From assembly GCA_964016885.1 (NCBI GenBank), contig OZ024742.1, forward strand, positions 230,578,001 to 230,642,000: a stretch of DNA of 64,000 nt, written 5' to 3'. The notes below the pieces were generated by a model. It saw only the letters and a program-made list of their open reading frames with translations. It did no database searches and had not been told where the DNA came from. Both the position numbers and the translations under genes were made by a program. Positions within the stretch are counted from its first letter, which is position 1. Each line of letters opens with the position of its first letter. The DNA is from Eledone cirrhosa. Taxonomy: Eukaryota. This document shows, one piece after another, positions 1 through 13,476 of this stretch.

Positions 1-978
1 GACATGGTGGCTTTTGCTAAAAAAAGAAACATGATGTTTGTTTAGTTAGTATTAACTACCATTGTTGGAACTAAAATATAAGCTTTCGTGTAGTGACTTA
101 ACTTTAAATGTATTAATTTTTCTGTTTCCTTTTTGATTTTAAACTATAACTATTTGCATTCAATGCATACACTATTCCCGAGATTCCAAACAACGTTTTC
201 CTATTAACATCTCGAACAATAATGTCCCCTTAAACAATTTGTGTTACATTGTTTGGTGATGTGAAAATAAAGTAAATGATAAAACTTCAACATGAATACT
301 GAAGAGACATTACTTCAAGTAAGATAAAAAAATTTTAAATCGCCGTGAAAAATAAAAATCAATTATACACAGTTATCATTGCAGTTCTTTCCGCTCGAAT
401 TTTGATGTTTTTACTTTTCGAGAATTTAAAGGAAGCCACCATTTTGTTTTCGTGCATTATAATTTGCGCTGTATTTTATTATCAACAACCATATTGTCGC
501 TGTTGTTACTGCTACAGCTGCAATGTAACAATGCAAAGATCATTGCCTTGTTTTATATAAAAATATAAAAGGAAATGAAGCTAAGATCATTTCAAATATT
601 CATAGAAAAATTCCTCTGAGCTGAACTGTAAATGAAGTAGATAACCAAATTGGTTAAGTCTGTTTACATTAGCTGCTACACACATTATTTCCGCTATATT
701 TCATTGTGGAGCAAACAATTTCCGATTTGTTTTGATATCTCAAATCAATAGTAATTTTAAGTCAAACTAGATCATACCCTTTACCAATATTTTTCCCGAC
801 TTAATTTTGACAAAATATAATACAAACTATTTAAATCATATTAGAAATAAATATTTCTCAGTTTTCATCGTTCATTGTTGTAAACGCATATTATTACAAA
901 TATATTCATACGACAGACTTAAGTTACTTATTCCCTTCATATTCATAACTTCTTCGTTAACGTAAATTATATTAACGG

Positions 979-1063
979 ACACACACACACACACTCGCAC
1001 TTAGAAACACACACATAGACACACAGACACGCACACAAACACGTACACACACATACACACACA

Positions 1064-1152
<89 letters not shown>
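979..1152. repeat. (CA)n microsatellite
   Basis: Long, nearly pure CA run; explains ORF 967..1161. Confidence 0.97.
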
Positions 1153-1154
<2 letters not shown>

Positions 1155-1388
1155 TTTTCACGTCTAATTTACTACGTTTCCATTCTTAATGTTATTGTTA
1201 CGTACGTTTTTGTTAAAACAAGTGAGGCAAATGGTTGTATCTGTGTCTCTTATGTTAAGGAAAAAACAAAATCCTTGACAAAGGACGTAGCTCTTGTCTG
1301 AACAAGTATTAGAGATTATATGTGCAAAGATTTTGGCGTAAATGTTTCTAAAAAAACCTGGGAAGACATTGAAATTTGGTAAAATTTC

Positions 1389-1510
1389 TGAGTTACACGA
1401 GAAGTCATTTTTGATTTTGTAAAGGTGACCTTGTTCGAATTGGAATTCATGTCCTTCTAATAGATACTTGCATAACTTGCAGTTAGGTCGGTTGCATCTA
1501 TTCACAAGCA
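1389..1510 (-). pseudogene. Penelope-like element fragment, Cys-rich linker preceding GIY-YIG endonuclease
   Basis: Translation NRCNRPNCKLCKYLLEGHEFQFEQGHLYKIKNDFSCNSE fits the Cx4CxxC...F...FSC.S pattern upstream of the PLE GIY motif. Confidence 0.7.
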
Positions 1511-1551
1511 CATACAATTGGACCTACCTAACCTGCTAAAGGACAAAAAAA

Positions 1552-1740
1552 ATGAAAACCCTCTTACAAAAATATCCAATTATGAAATGTAAACGACAAC
1601 CTAGGTCACTAAAAACTATACCGACACATGCAAATCTACAAACCGAAATTAGAGAGCTTGAAGTGACAAGATACAACCGACGTAACTCTGCGTGTGCAAC
1701 TATTTGTTAGAAGGCTACGAATTCCACTTCAAGAAAGGTC
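1552..1740 (+). pseudogene. Penelope-like element linker fragment (frameshifted), inverted relative to 1389-1510
   Basis: MKTLLQKYPIMKCKRQPRSLKTIPTHANL...RYNRRN/VCNYLLEGYEFHFKKG; paralogous to the minus-strand CKYLLEGHEFQFEQG. Confidence 0.7.
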
Positions 1741-2066
1741 CCGTCCGAGAACACCAAGCAGACATCTGTCCTTTGTTTCTGCTTTCCTTATATTTCTAAA
1801 CACTCGTCTTGTCCGTTCTAAATGTTATATATATATATACAAATGAAGCAATGGGGAATGAATGTCTTGGAAGAGCTGCCAAATTACAGGTTAGAAATAA
1901 AGGAGTGAAATTTAGGAGGACAGACAACAAAGCAATACCTTCCAATTTAACCTCATGTTTCATGATATTTTGGGATTAGCAAATGGAGTGTGATGGTGGT
2001 CTCTCTCACACATTCTCTCTATCCCCTTCTTTCTCTCTTTCTCTCTCTATCTCTCTCTCTCTCACC

Positions 2067-2106
<40 letters not shown>

Positions 2107-2143
2107 ATATATATATACACACACACACATATATATATATGGT

Positions 2144-2174
<31 letters not shown>

Positions 2175-4137
2175 AAGATAGCTAGATAGACAATAATGGC
2201 TCCAAGCTATATGTAGTTATTAACGCATCACACAATTATAGCTGAATACAGTAGTTAACACAAAAAAGAGGATTTCAATAGAAGAAATCACCGAACATAT
2301 TTCGATATCGAAATTAATTGATACGGTGATATCTAATTTCAGACGTCTACTCAATCATTAGTCACAGTATGTGCTCACTTTACATTTATAGATAGAAATC
2401 TGTCACGCAAATTTTGTTACAAATGTTTAGAATCAGCTAAATATGATCATTGCATCTACTTAATATTAGTAACAAGGTCACTGTATTTATTCTGCCTTCA
2501 TTAGCATTTCGCCTAAAGATAATTTAGCCTCTTCTATTTTAATGGTCGTATTAAGTTTTTCATCAGCAGACATAACGTTTAATGTACACATTTAAGATTG
2601 AAGGTCGTACATAAACGAATGTGACAAAAACAAAATGATAATAAACATTTTTTTTCATCTGACATGAGATTACTGAATTACATTTCGTTTTTCATATGGA
2701 AATATGACCCATGGTGCGTTGTCGTTACGGTAAACAACATGTCGTGGACATTTTAAACATGGTGGTACTCATCCCCAGACCAAGTCAGAATGCTGTCGAT
2801 TTCTTCTACAGAATGAATGTGGGAGAGAGATGAAGAAAGAAAAATGATATAGATGACGAATCATCCCAAGTACTGGTGCATTTTCATCAGCCTCGAAAGG
2901 ATGAAGTGCAAATCGAAGTCTGGTGGAGTTTGATTTCAGAATGCAAAGAGCTGGAACTAATACCACATAGCATTCTGTGCGACGTTCGAATAACTCTACC
3001 TATTCCTGCGATTTTATCGGTGGTAAATTTCGTTTCAATTGATTCAGTTTTGACTGCTACTATCGAATCTGTAAAGATGAAATGCGAAGTTTACATCGAC
3101 AAAAATTTAAATTTAGAATGCTAAGATCCGGGAAAATGCTCTGCAAGTATTATGACTGATTCTTTTTCGATTATGCTAATCTTCCGCCTTTTTGTATATA
3201 GAATAATAAGTTACTACCGAATATGTGAATGTATGCAATCTTGCCAAAAGGATAAGAATTTTGCTTCAACATCATTAAGTCCCGGTTTTGGTTTCATTGC
3301 ATAGTTTCTTTGGCAAGTGTAATTTCGAGATGACCAAACTTGGATATACGAAAGATATTTAAAAGCCCGTCAGATGGTCTGTACCTGTAATTCAAATGAA
3401 CAACCTTGTTACACACCTGTGTTACATTGCTCTAGCTTGAGAATAACGTTACGTTGCAGGTATCTGATTAATGCTCTACTAATTACGCCATAATTTCATT
3501 TGTAGTTGTGCCCGAACAAATGGAATACTCATTGTCGAAACCGACGAAGTTCTATTTAGTTCCGTTCCATAAGATAAAATGAGCAAATAGCTGATAAAGA
3601 GAACTATCTAGTTGGTGTTAAACAAGTCAGATATTGCATTGATATTTCTACTGTTATGCTCTACAATTAGAGCATCTCGATCATAGGTTCTGTCACCAAA
3701 CGTCCGACAATAAAACGCAGTGTGATATAATATATGCCTAAGTGTGTACAGATAGCATAAGGTGATAATTATAATATGTCCGTTCGGCAACAGCTACTAT
3801 ACGACTAAACAACAACAAAAACAATATCCCAGCTTAGAGAGTTTTGTTTGACTATGTCTAGTATTATGAATCTTCCTTCAAAGAATTTTAAGTTCAATAC
3901 CACTGGAAACCTTCATTACATTAATAAATGTTGTAATACATTGATTGATTTGATTAGTTGGTCTCACAGTGTTACTTGTGTGGACAAACTGTCTATGAAA
4001 CGACGACCTTTGTTGAAGTAAGATTTCAGATAGATGTACAGAAAAATATAGGTCCCAGTATTATGTACAAACACATACTCAAACTTACACACACACAGAC
4101 ACATGTATATATATATATATATGTGTGTATATGTATG

Positions 4138-4180
<43 letters not shown>

Positions 4181-4848
4181 ACACGTAAAGTGTAGATGCT
4201 TTGATCATCAATGGGGAATATCATAAAAGTATATCAATATAATATGTAAATACTATTAACCAATAAATAGATAAACATTAAGATGAGGAACTAAGTGAAT
4301 TCTCTATTCCCTAATGTTGTCTATCTTTCTGACAATTATATGAAAATATATTTGCTGTATTTATTTGTTGTAGTGTTGTTGTTTTGGGTGTATATATTGT
4401 GTGCATTTCGTCTTTTTCAGTAAACTTTAGATGAAGACATCAGAAAATTGCATATCTTTGATTGTGAAAGCAAGTAGACTAGTGGTTAGGCTATTTAGTG
4501 GTCGCGTTTACTTCCTTGGTAAGTCTACTCAAATGAAAAACAGGAGGAGATGGAGAGAGCAGTTTTTTCACAGTAGGCCAGACGGTATATCTAAGCTGTA
4601 CCCTTGCGGATAAGTTGATGAAAGCATCGTCCGTTTTATTCCATTTTTGCTTCTTCCTAGGCTGCATGCCATCACAATGTGATGAAGGAAGGCGGCAATC
4701 CGATGACTGAAAAATATGGGAATTAAAGGAAGGGAAATCTAGCTGCTATTTCAAGTAGATCGTGTGTGCCTGTGTGAATATATATATATAGATATAAACC
4801 TAAATACAACTGAATATGGTAGTCGTGATATTTATACATACACACACA

Positions 4849-4909
<61 letters not shown>

Positions 4910-4915
<6 letters not shown>

Positions 4916-5539
4916 AGATTTGAATGGATACAGTTTAGTTGAAAGGAATTTATTGACACGTGTTTCTATAACAGTTACATAACCTAAAACAGCTATCTAC
5001 AAACTTTTAGTTATGCAGACATTCAATATTTCAATGTTATTGTTTACTGTCATTTCATCAGAATAATATTACTGAGGACCTATTTAGTTTTTATAGAGAA
5101 TATTAGGAGGAAGGGGTGAAGTTGTTAGAAGAATAGTTGAAGGAGTGGTTTTTTTAATCACTGCCACCAAGAATTCTCACTGCTATCGAAAAACCACTCC
5201 TTCAACTATTCTTCTAACAACTTCACCCCTTCCTCCTAATATTCTCTATAAAAACTAAATAGGTCCTCAGTAATATTATTCTGATGAAATGACAGTAAAC
5301 AATAACATTGAAATATTGAATGTCTGCATAACTAAAAGTTTGTAGATAGCTGTTTTAGGTTATGTAACTGTTATAGAAACACGTGTCAATAAATTCCTTT
5401 CAACTAAACTGTATCCATTCAAATCTTTCTATTTTTCTCCGGATTACTTTTGGAACTACAACTGGAACCGTCGAGCAAACTCTACGTGAGCTGATAATCT
5501 ACTGTGTGTAATATTTATATTACAACACAACGGAAAAAA

Positions 5540-5552
<13 letters not shown>
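4910..5552 (+). mobile_element. PLE-terminal fold-back module: 244-bp perfect inverted repeat plus tail, in (TA)n
   Basis: 4910-5153 is the reverse complement of 5189-5432 with a 35-bp spacer; contains CTGATGA(5281)...GAAA(5310)...GTC; (TA)n on both flanks. Confidence 0.8.
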
Positions 5553-5570
<18 letters not shown>

Positions 5571-5574
<4 letters not shown>

Positions 5575-5690
5575 AGGCACGTGGATGTGTGGTAAGAGAA
5601 TTGGATTCGTAATCGCGAGTTCGATTCCTGGACCGTGCGAAGCGTTATGTCTTTCAGCAAGACACTTTATTGCGCGTTGCTTCTACCTGG
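5571..5690 (+). mobile_element. Second tRNA-derived SINE family (CORE-like), 5' part
   Basis: GTGAAGGCACGTGG head, B box GTTCGATTCC, then CAGCAAGACACTT; matches 8237-8522 copy. Confidence 0.65.
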
Positions 5691-6085
5691 AGTTGCGACC
5701 GATAGATAGTATTAGCAATTGGAAAGACCAACGGAAACATTGTTTCCTCCGTCCGATTTGACGAAAGTCGATTGACTGTCGACACCCCACCCCCACCCCC
5801 CACTCTCAAGCGTGTAACTAATATTAACATTTGTACTGCCTCTTCACTTCCACGTTGTTTTTTTTGTTTTTTGTTTACAGTCTCAACTATATAATAATAA
5901 AAAATATATTATTATATATACTGCAGCAGTTCAAATCCTGTACTGTTTGCTGTGTTAGGGTGTTGTGGCGTTAACTCGGCTTGCGAACAGCGTTCATGTG
6001 TCTGTGTAATATTCAAATTGATCGAATTATTGAAAGATTCTCATTGAAGCGAACGAACGATTCATCGCATTGGAGTGTATTCTTA

Positions 6086-6623
6086 TTTCCCAGTAATTTA
6101 GACGTTTTATAGAGTAATTTCCCAGTAATTTAGACGTTTTATAGAGTAATTTCCCAGTAATTTAGACGTTTTATAGAGTAATTTCCCAGTAATTTAGACG
6201 TTTTATAGGGTAATTTTCCAGTAATTTAGACGTTTTATAGAGTAATTTCCCAGTAATTTAGACGTTTTATAGGGTAATTTCCCAGTAATTTAGACATTTT
6301 ATAGAGTAATTTCCCAGTAATTTAGACGTTTTATAGAGTAATTTCCCAGTAATTTAGACGTTTTATAGAGTAATTTCCCAGTAATTTAGACGTTTTATAG
6401 AGTAATTTCCCAGTAATTTAAACGTTTTATAGAGTAATTTCCCAGTAATTTAGACGTTTTATAGAGTAATTTCCCAGTAATTTAGACGTTTTATAGAGTA
6501 ATTTCCAGTAATTTAGACGTTTTATAGAGTAATTTTCCAGTAATTTAGGCGTTGTATAGGGTAATTTCCCAGTAATTTAGACGTTTTATAGAGTAATTTC
6601 CCAGTAATTTAGACGTTTTATAG
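6086..6623. repeat. 32-bp minisatellite, about 17 copies
   Basis: Unit CCCAGTAATTTAGACGTTTTATAGAGTAATTT, period 32 (6089, 6121, 6153...), head-to-tail with no spacers. Confidence 0.97.
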
Positions 6624-7779
6624 TCGCTGTTTATAAACTGAACGTTAGGTTTATATATTCCAATATTTATAAGCCATTCGTTAACGCCAGGTGTATAGTA
6701 ATGATGGCTGTTGCAGTTGTTTTAGTTTCTAAATCTTCTTCAGTATTCTCCCATTTTCATTTTCATTCAAATACAACGACATCTATTACAGCTACATTAT
6801 CTCCCAGGCTTAATACATCTAAACTCTATTTATTCAGAGTCACGTTTAATTAATGTACATTTACTATATTTTCCCATGAGTTCATCATAATTATGGATTT
6901 CAACGTTTCTATATGTTCTGGAAATCTGATAATTATCACTTGCTTTCCATTTGTGCTGATGCACTCCACTCCACTCGGCTTCAATCCATTCAATTCTATT
7001 CTTATCTCACGTTGCTTCTAAATTTCAAGCAACTAATGCTTTAACATGATCATATTGACATTCTTAAATAAGTGAAAATCTGCGTGTGTGTATTTCATTC
7101 GTGTGGCGATAATATTTTCCAATCGACATTGTCTTTTGAATAATTCCTTAAAAGAAGACAAGCGTGATATCTGCTGCAGAAGGAACCTATCACGTATTCA
7201 TTACAAATGAAGAAACTTTAAGCAATCAAGCAGAATATTATCTAGATTAAGTTCTCATGACAAGAATAATTAACGACCTGCACAAATTCTGATTTGTACT
7301 TGTGAACTAGGTTACTGGACCATAATTCTGAAAATATTTTGCTGTAAATAAGCGATTTAGATCTCGTTTCCACCTATCTAAGATGTGAGTGACCACTTAG
7401 TAAATTTATTGCAGAAGATAAAACAGCTTGTTCCATCAACGGCTTGAATCATTGGAAATTTCATATTTGCTATAAGTGTTGAAAAGTATGTTTCGTCTTA
7501 TGTCGAATAACATACAATTTAGCAAATCTAATCAACCGTTTACTCTTCAAGTATAGTAGTAGGAAACTGAATAAATAATGATTTCGACTTTAGGCAGAAG
7601 GCCAGCAATTTACGGCTTAGGAAAACCTGGAAGAATGAAAAGCAAAATTGACCTCTGCAGGATTTGAACTGAAAACATAAACTGCCGGAACAAATATTGA
7701 TAATAATGTGTTCGATGCATTAACGATACTGCTAATCAACCATCCTTTTCATGAGTATATAATAACTGTGGATTGATGC

Positions 7780-8032
<253 letters not shown>

Positions 8033-8236
8033 TATATATATATATATAAATGGAATAGAATGAAACGAAATTTCATTTCTCACTCTTAGTACGGCAGTTA
8101 CTTAAATTGTTTACAAACAAACCGAGCATTATAATAAATGTTCGATAAACCGATACGTGCATATATATATGTGTGCATGTATGTATATATATACATACTA
8201 CTGAACGTCCGTATACATATATGTATGTATATAAAA

Positions 8237-8518
8237 AAAAGTCTAAAGTCTGTCTTAAGCCAGAAGGCTCATTGGGCCGGGGCTTATCCCGGTTTCATGG
8301 CGTGAAGCGACTGAGAGTACAAGACTCCCCTCTCCGCCCCAGTCCGTCATAGGGTTAAACCTCCAGCTATTGGTGGTACTCATTTTCAGCTGAGTATACT
8401 TGAGCAACGTAAAATGAAGTGTCTTGCTCAAGGAAACAACACATCACCCGGACCGAGAATTGAAGTCACAACATTTCGATATGCAAGCTTAATGCTCTAA
8501 CCACTAAGCCATGCGCCT

Positions 8519-8522
<4 letters not shown>
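8237..8522 (-). mobile_element. tRNA-derived SINE, CORE-like family, near full length
   Basis: Minus strand GTGAAGGCGCATGGCTTAGTGGTTAG (A box), CCTTGAGCAAGACACTT core, CTCAGCTGAAAATGAGTACC; diverged relatives near 36485, 48085, 49720, 50088, 62370. Confidence 0.75.
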
Positions 8523-8570
<48 letters not shown>

Positions 8571-8929
8571 TTCTTTTTTTTTTCTTAAAAAAAATTATTT
8601 TATAAATTAAGTTGTTGGTTGTTGTTTAGGGGTTCTTGGTTAACGTAGGAGGTATTGTTTCGTTTTTAGAACGACCTTTCACGCTGAGGTGCGCTTGTCA
8701 AACTGATGTGTATGTGGCGTGTTGTTCTATATATAGGGATTTAACATGACTGTGGTGTGGTGGGGTTTTTGTTGGGGGGGGGGTCCCCTTTAATAAGTGC
8801 ATGGGTGTAGGTGTGTTGAAAAAGTGTTAATAGCAGTAATGAGTTGAGATGGTGCGTAGGGTTCGGTGGGGAGAAATGTAGCAAGTGCGGCCTGCCCCAT
8901 TACTTCCAGGAAATGTGTGGTGTGTGTCT

Positions 8930-9222
8930 CGGTCTCTAGCGTCGGTGCATTTGTTCCGGATACGTGTAGTTCGTTCCTTATGTATCCGAACTTAGCGCCA
9001 GCTGGGAGGGCCGATCTGAAATGTACGAACAGGTCCCTGCTGGCGGCTTTTTTATAGAAGCAGGTGTGGATGTTGCATTCCTTTGTTACCCTGAGTTGGA
9101 AGTCCAGTAGGGATAGGGATCCGCGGTCATCGGGGTGTTCCATGCTGAACTTTATACTGGCGTGCATGCTGGAGAATGTTGTGTATATGTTATCAGCCTC
9201 CTCACGGGATGATGTAAGGATG
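8930..9222 (-). pseudogene. Penelope-like element reverse transcriptase fragment (late RT motifs and thumb)
   Basis: IILTSSREEADNIYTTFSSMHASIKFSMEHPDDRGSLSLLDFQL...FYKKAASRDLFVHFRSALPAGAKFGYIRNE matches PLE IKFTxE / LxFLD / YRK...S.xP...K motifs; 5'-truncated at (TA)n. Confidence 0.85.
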
Positions 9223-9361
9223 ATGTAAGGATGATGATGATATATATATATATATATATATAGTGACGAAATATATATATATAGTGACGAAATATATATA
9301 TATATATATATATATAGTGACGAAACATAAGTCAATTGCATGAACTCATAATCCTTTATTT

Positions 9362-9417
9362 ACTGCTATATATATTTCGATGATAGCCATTGAATGACTA
9401 TGACCTCAACAGGCAGT
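9362..9417 (-). ncRNA. Minimal type I hammerhead ribozyme, family E (one core change: CTGTTGA)
   Basis: ACTGC-CTGTTGA-GGTCATAGTCATTCAATGGCTATCATC-GAAA-TATATA-TA-GCAGT. Confidence 0.7.
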
Positions 9418-9698
9418 TAGTCAGTTCTTAGATATGTCAGCTCTGTGTTTATAGTGTTGATGGTATCAGAATCAAGGGACATATGAGCTTGTTAGGAATA
9501 ATTTAATGTTGTCAGTTTGTAGATGCTAGTAGGGTTGGTATTTGACCTCAAAGAGGCAGGTGGTGTTGTAAAGTTCAAGCCGTCAGACAAGATGACAATA
9601 GTTCCATATGACTGATTTTCATAAAAAGTATTCCTGGTCAGATATATATTCAATTAAGGTTTATAGTATGAAATAGATACTACAGGTCATTCTTAAAT

Positions 9699-9987
9699 TG
9701 AGGAATTTATGTGGAGTGGTGCTACTGAAAATTATGGTTAGAGTAGAAAATTTACAAATAAAAAGACTTATGTAGGTTGGCTTGCACGTACACTCACGCC
9801 CACCTCCACAGACACACACACACACATCCACACATACAAAATGAGGAATTAATGTGGGGTGGTAATACTTAAAATAATGGTTAGAGTCAAATACTTAGAT
9901 AGTTTAGAAAATTTAGAAATAAAAGGTTGACTTGTACATACACTCACACCTACCCCCTCAGACTCACACACATCTACACACACAAAT
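9699..9987. repeat. Diverged tandem duplication, about 145-bp unit x2
   Basis: GAGGAATTwATGTGGrGTGGT...ATGGTTAGAGT...TACACTCAC repeated at about 9699 and 9842. Confidence 0.7.
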
Positions 9988-10177
9988 CTATAAAGGTGTG
10001 TATATATATATATATGTGTGTACGCATAAGTATATATATATATATATATAAAATACATATATATACATGAAATATACATATATATAAAAAATATATATAT
10101 ATATAAAATACACACATATAAAATATACATACATATATATATATATAAAATACATATATATATATATATATATATAT

Positions 10178-10234
10178 AGTTTTAATATAGATGAGATTCT
10201 ACAGGACTAGAACTGTTTCATTCTTTAGAAATCA
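10178..10234 (-). mobile_element. PLE-terminal family B fragment (hammerhead lacking 5' core)
   Basis: Identical to 55768-55824; same (TA)n junction. Confidence 0.8.
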
Positions 10235-10467
10235 ACACATACATGCACATATAATATATATATATATATACATATAATATATATATATATATAAAATCAG
10301 GTTCAATAAACCGTGGTTTTGATGACTCCTAACCAGTAGAGGATCCGGTGGACCATCCACCATAGGGACCACAAACTATGGGTTGTTGTTGTTGTCCATT
10401 GGTCATTGGTACGGGGTGTAGGGGACCTACATGGGGGGGGAGTTGTGGGGGGGGCCTTAACCGGGGT

Positions 10468-10650
10468 TTATCCATATAGCTTGAGAAATGTTCCCGTCCT
10501 TAGGTGTCTGCAGGCACCGAATATGTCGGCCCTTCTGTTTAATAGCTAGGTTCCGCCATGAAGTATCTCGAGTGTCTCACTATGACAGAGGTTGCAAATA
10601 CCAGACCCGTCTCTGTCTGGCGGCACCTTTCTAACCACGGACCAGACCAC
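10468..10650 (-). pseudogene. Penelope-like element endonuclease C-terminus (CxxC...LLN...CRH)
   Basis: VVWSVVRKVPPDRDGSGICNLCHSETLEILHGGT*LLNRRADIFGACRHLRTGTFLKLYG*; one internal stop, so absent from the ORF track. Confidence 0.8.
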
Positions 10651-10700
10651 ACTAATTCACAATTTTCATTTAGCCATCATAGATATGACACACATTCGCC

Positions 10701-10790
<90 letters not shown>

Positions 10791-10804
10791 CGTGCGCGTG
10801 CGTG

Positions 10805-10855
<51 letters not shown>

Positions 10856-11744
10856 GTGTGTGTGTGCGTGTGTGTGAGTATGTGGGCGCATGTGTGTCAT
10901 ATCTATGATGGCTAAACAAAAATTATGAATTAGTGTTATGATCTGTCATTTTTTCCAATTTATTTACAGATGAAAGATGTTTACACGTTGATAAAAGTGA
11001 TTTAGTAGTAGTAGAAATACTGAAGGCAGTAGACATGGCTGGGTGGGGTTAAATTTATGGATCATTTCATGAGCTGACTATATAGTTGATTAAACAACTG
11101 GAACACTTGTCGCTGAAACCAACGGAAGTCCATTTTATACATTGGTTATTTATTTCATCGATTCAGGAAAAAATGAAAGACAAAATTGACCAGAGCGTGT
11201 TTTGAACGTAGACTGTACTGTACCTCTTTTGATGCTATAACTCTTCTGCCACTCTAACACTTATGTTATGTATAAATAATGTAGTGTTTTATCTACCAGT
11301 CCGTGTTTTTTGTACTAGTATAAATGCAGTACAAATTTATATTGACTAACAGGTCACAATTTCTACTCAATACTCCTACATCCTCACAATTGTTTTGCTT
11401 ATAAAAGAAATATTTCGTTTACAATCAATCTGACACCTAAGGAATATACTTACTACAGAAAATTAAAAGGAATAGTAATGGCATTACACAAGTGAACTAT
11501 ATATAATTATATATATATATATACATATATATAATAACTAGTTTAAAGGAGAGGGTTATTGTATATGAAGTGTCTAAATCATAAAAGAGTGGTGATACAG
11601 CTGTTGTATGAGAATTTGCTTAGTATATGGCTTAATATGAAAAGCAGTATTTTATCTTAATATTTCCTTTGATATATTCCAGAGCACCTTCTTCTGAAAA
11701 TGCACACTATAGAAAACACTCACTCTTATTCATTTTCACTCTTA

Positions 11745-11838
<94 letters not shown>

Positions 11839-11905
11839 ATGTGTGTGTGTGTGTGTGTATTGTAAATAACACATACAGGACTAGAACTCCAGGAGTCTAC
11901 CCACA

Positions 11906-11948
<43 letters not shown>

Positions 11949-12071
11949 TCAGGTTATCAATAATGTAGTGATAATATATCGTTACGTTAGAGATGAACAG
12001 CGTACGTGTAGGTTTGCTCAGCGAGTATATAATAATAATATTCCGGAGAAAATGTTGAAAGCAGCGTTACA

Positions 12072-12111
12072 TAGGTATTCCGTCTGTTACAGAAACATAT
12101 GTCAATACCTA
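12072..12111 (+). ncRNA. Degenerate hammerhead remnant
   Basis: 8-bp stem I TAGGTATT/AATACCTA and GAAA-CATATG-TC; CUGANGA box partly deleted. Confidence 0.45.
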
Positions 12112-12150
12112 ATAAATTCCTTTTTAAAAAAGCACTTTCATTTTATATTC

Positions 12151-12214
<64 letters not shown>

Positions 12215-13099
12215 TAGGGGCGGGGAATATATTTCAGGGATCAGATTTTTGTAGCTGGCTTCATTTGTCCCTGGTCTTTCTCCCGACCATTCTTATCCGA
12301 TTCATGACGGTCTTCGTAGCTATGCTAATCTGATTTGAAAATGACCTGACCTGACCCCAATAAACCAGTTCTACACATCCAACAGATATACCTTCTATCC
12401 TATTGTTTTTCTTCTTGTCTCTTCCCCCTCTCTATGGTATGTTTCTCCTCTTCTTTCTTGCCTGCCTTCTCCGTCTTCTTTATTACTCTCTCATTTTCTT
12501 TATTCCCGAAGACGCACATATATGCACACAAATACGCATAAATACATATAAATACACATAAATACACACAAATACACACAAATACACACAAATACACATC
12601 CATTGAGATATGCGACTGAAATATGAACGTTACCTCCAAACACAGATGTTCAGTTACATTTTCTATTCGACTATAATGCGAGTTTTTATGATAACATGGT
12701 TACATACAAAATATGAAGTCGCGCTGTACATAGGAATGTGTACCCTACATTATCACACTATCATTGCCTATTTCTTTTGGCACGATTTTTTATTATAGGT
12801 TCTTGTTTACTTTTGGTACATAATAGACAGAACATCATTGATGCAGAGTAAAGTCAAAACCTAGGTTCACTTTATCTATTAGCTCTATGGAAAAGAATCA
12901 GTATTTTGGCCAAAATCAACTGTGGTTGTGTCAATTATGGAAGATATAATGCATAAGTGCATACATTGTGTAAAATACTCGTTTGTTTCCAGATTCAATT
13001 ACGTTTTATGTCACTTTTAAGAACTCTCGCTTTTTTGGGCGTCAATATATTTCAGCTTAAAGTCTCACCTATGGTAGCACGTACGAAACTAAATCTGAT

Positions 13100-13130
<31 letters not shown>

Positions 13131-13132
<2 letters not shown>

Positions 13133-13195
13133 TATACTCTGCTATGTATTGAGTACCTGACTTACTGTGGTTACCCCCGATTGAACCCGGGATAA

Positions 13196-13197
<2 letters not shown>
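13131..13197 (+). mobile_element. PLE-terminal family B tail
   Basis: TTTATACTCTGCTATGTATTGAGTACC...TGTGGTTACC...AACCCGG matches 55894-55955; (TA)n flanks. Confidence 0.75.
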
Positions 13198-13263
<66 letters not shown>

Positions 13264-13476
13264 AGGATAACAATAAATGGTTAAAGGTAATCCGATAAGA
13301 GTCTGTGAAAACTACTTATGATGGACAGTTTAAGCGTACGTAACTGTGTGGCTCAACAAGACGTTTACGTTGGTGACGTTTTTATGAAATCATGGAAACA
13401 ATTGTGAGACTGAAAATAAATATCCTTGTTTGTGCTGTCAACCATGTTATTCTTCACTTTATATATATATATATAT

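Noticed and set aside
4400-4446. Further hammerheads here and at about 8640-8690, 13375-13420, 20862-20885, 21390-21420, 27490-27540
   Set aside because: Multiple core lesions or missing stems; plausible remnants but not distinguishable from chance by eye
5690-6080. Promoter or first exon
   Set aside because: Only composition and a pyrimidine tract-AG at 5880; no supportable core promoter or ORF
6086-6623. CRISPR array
   Set aside because: 32-bp units are contiguous with no unique spacers, no cas genes, eukaryotic context
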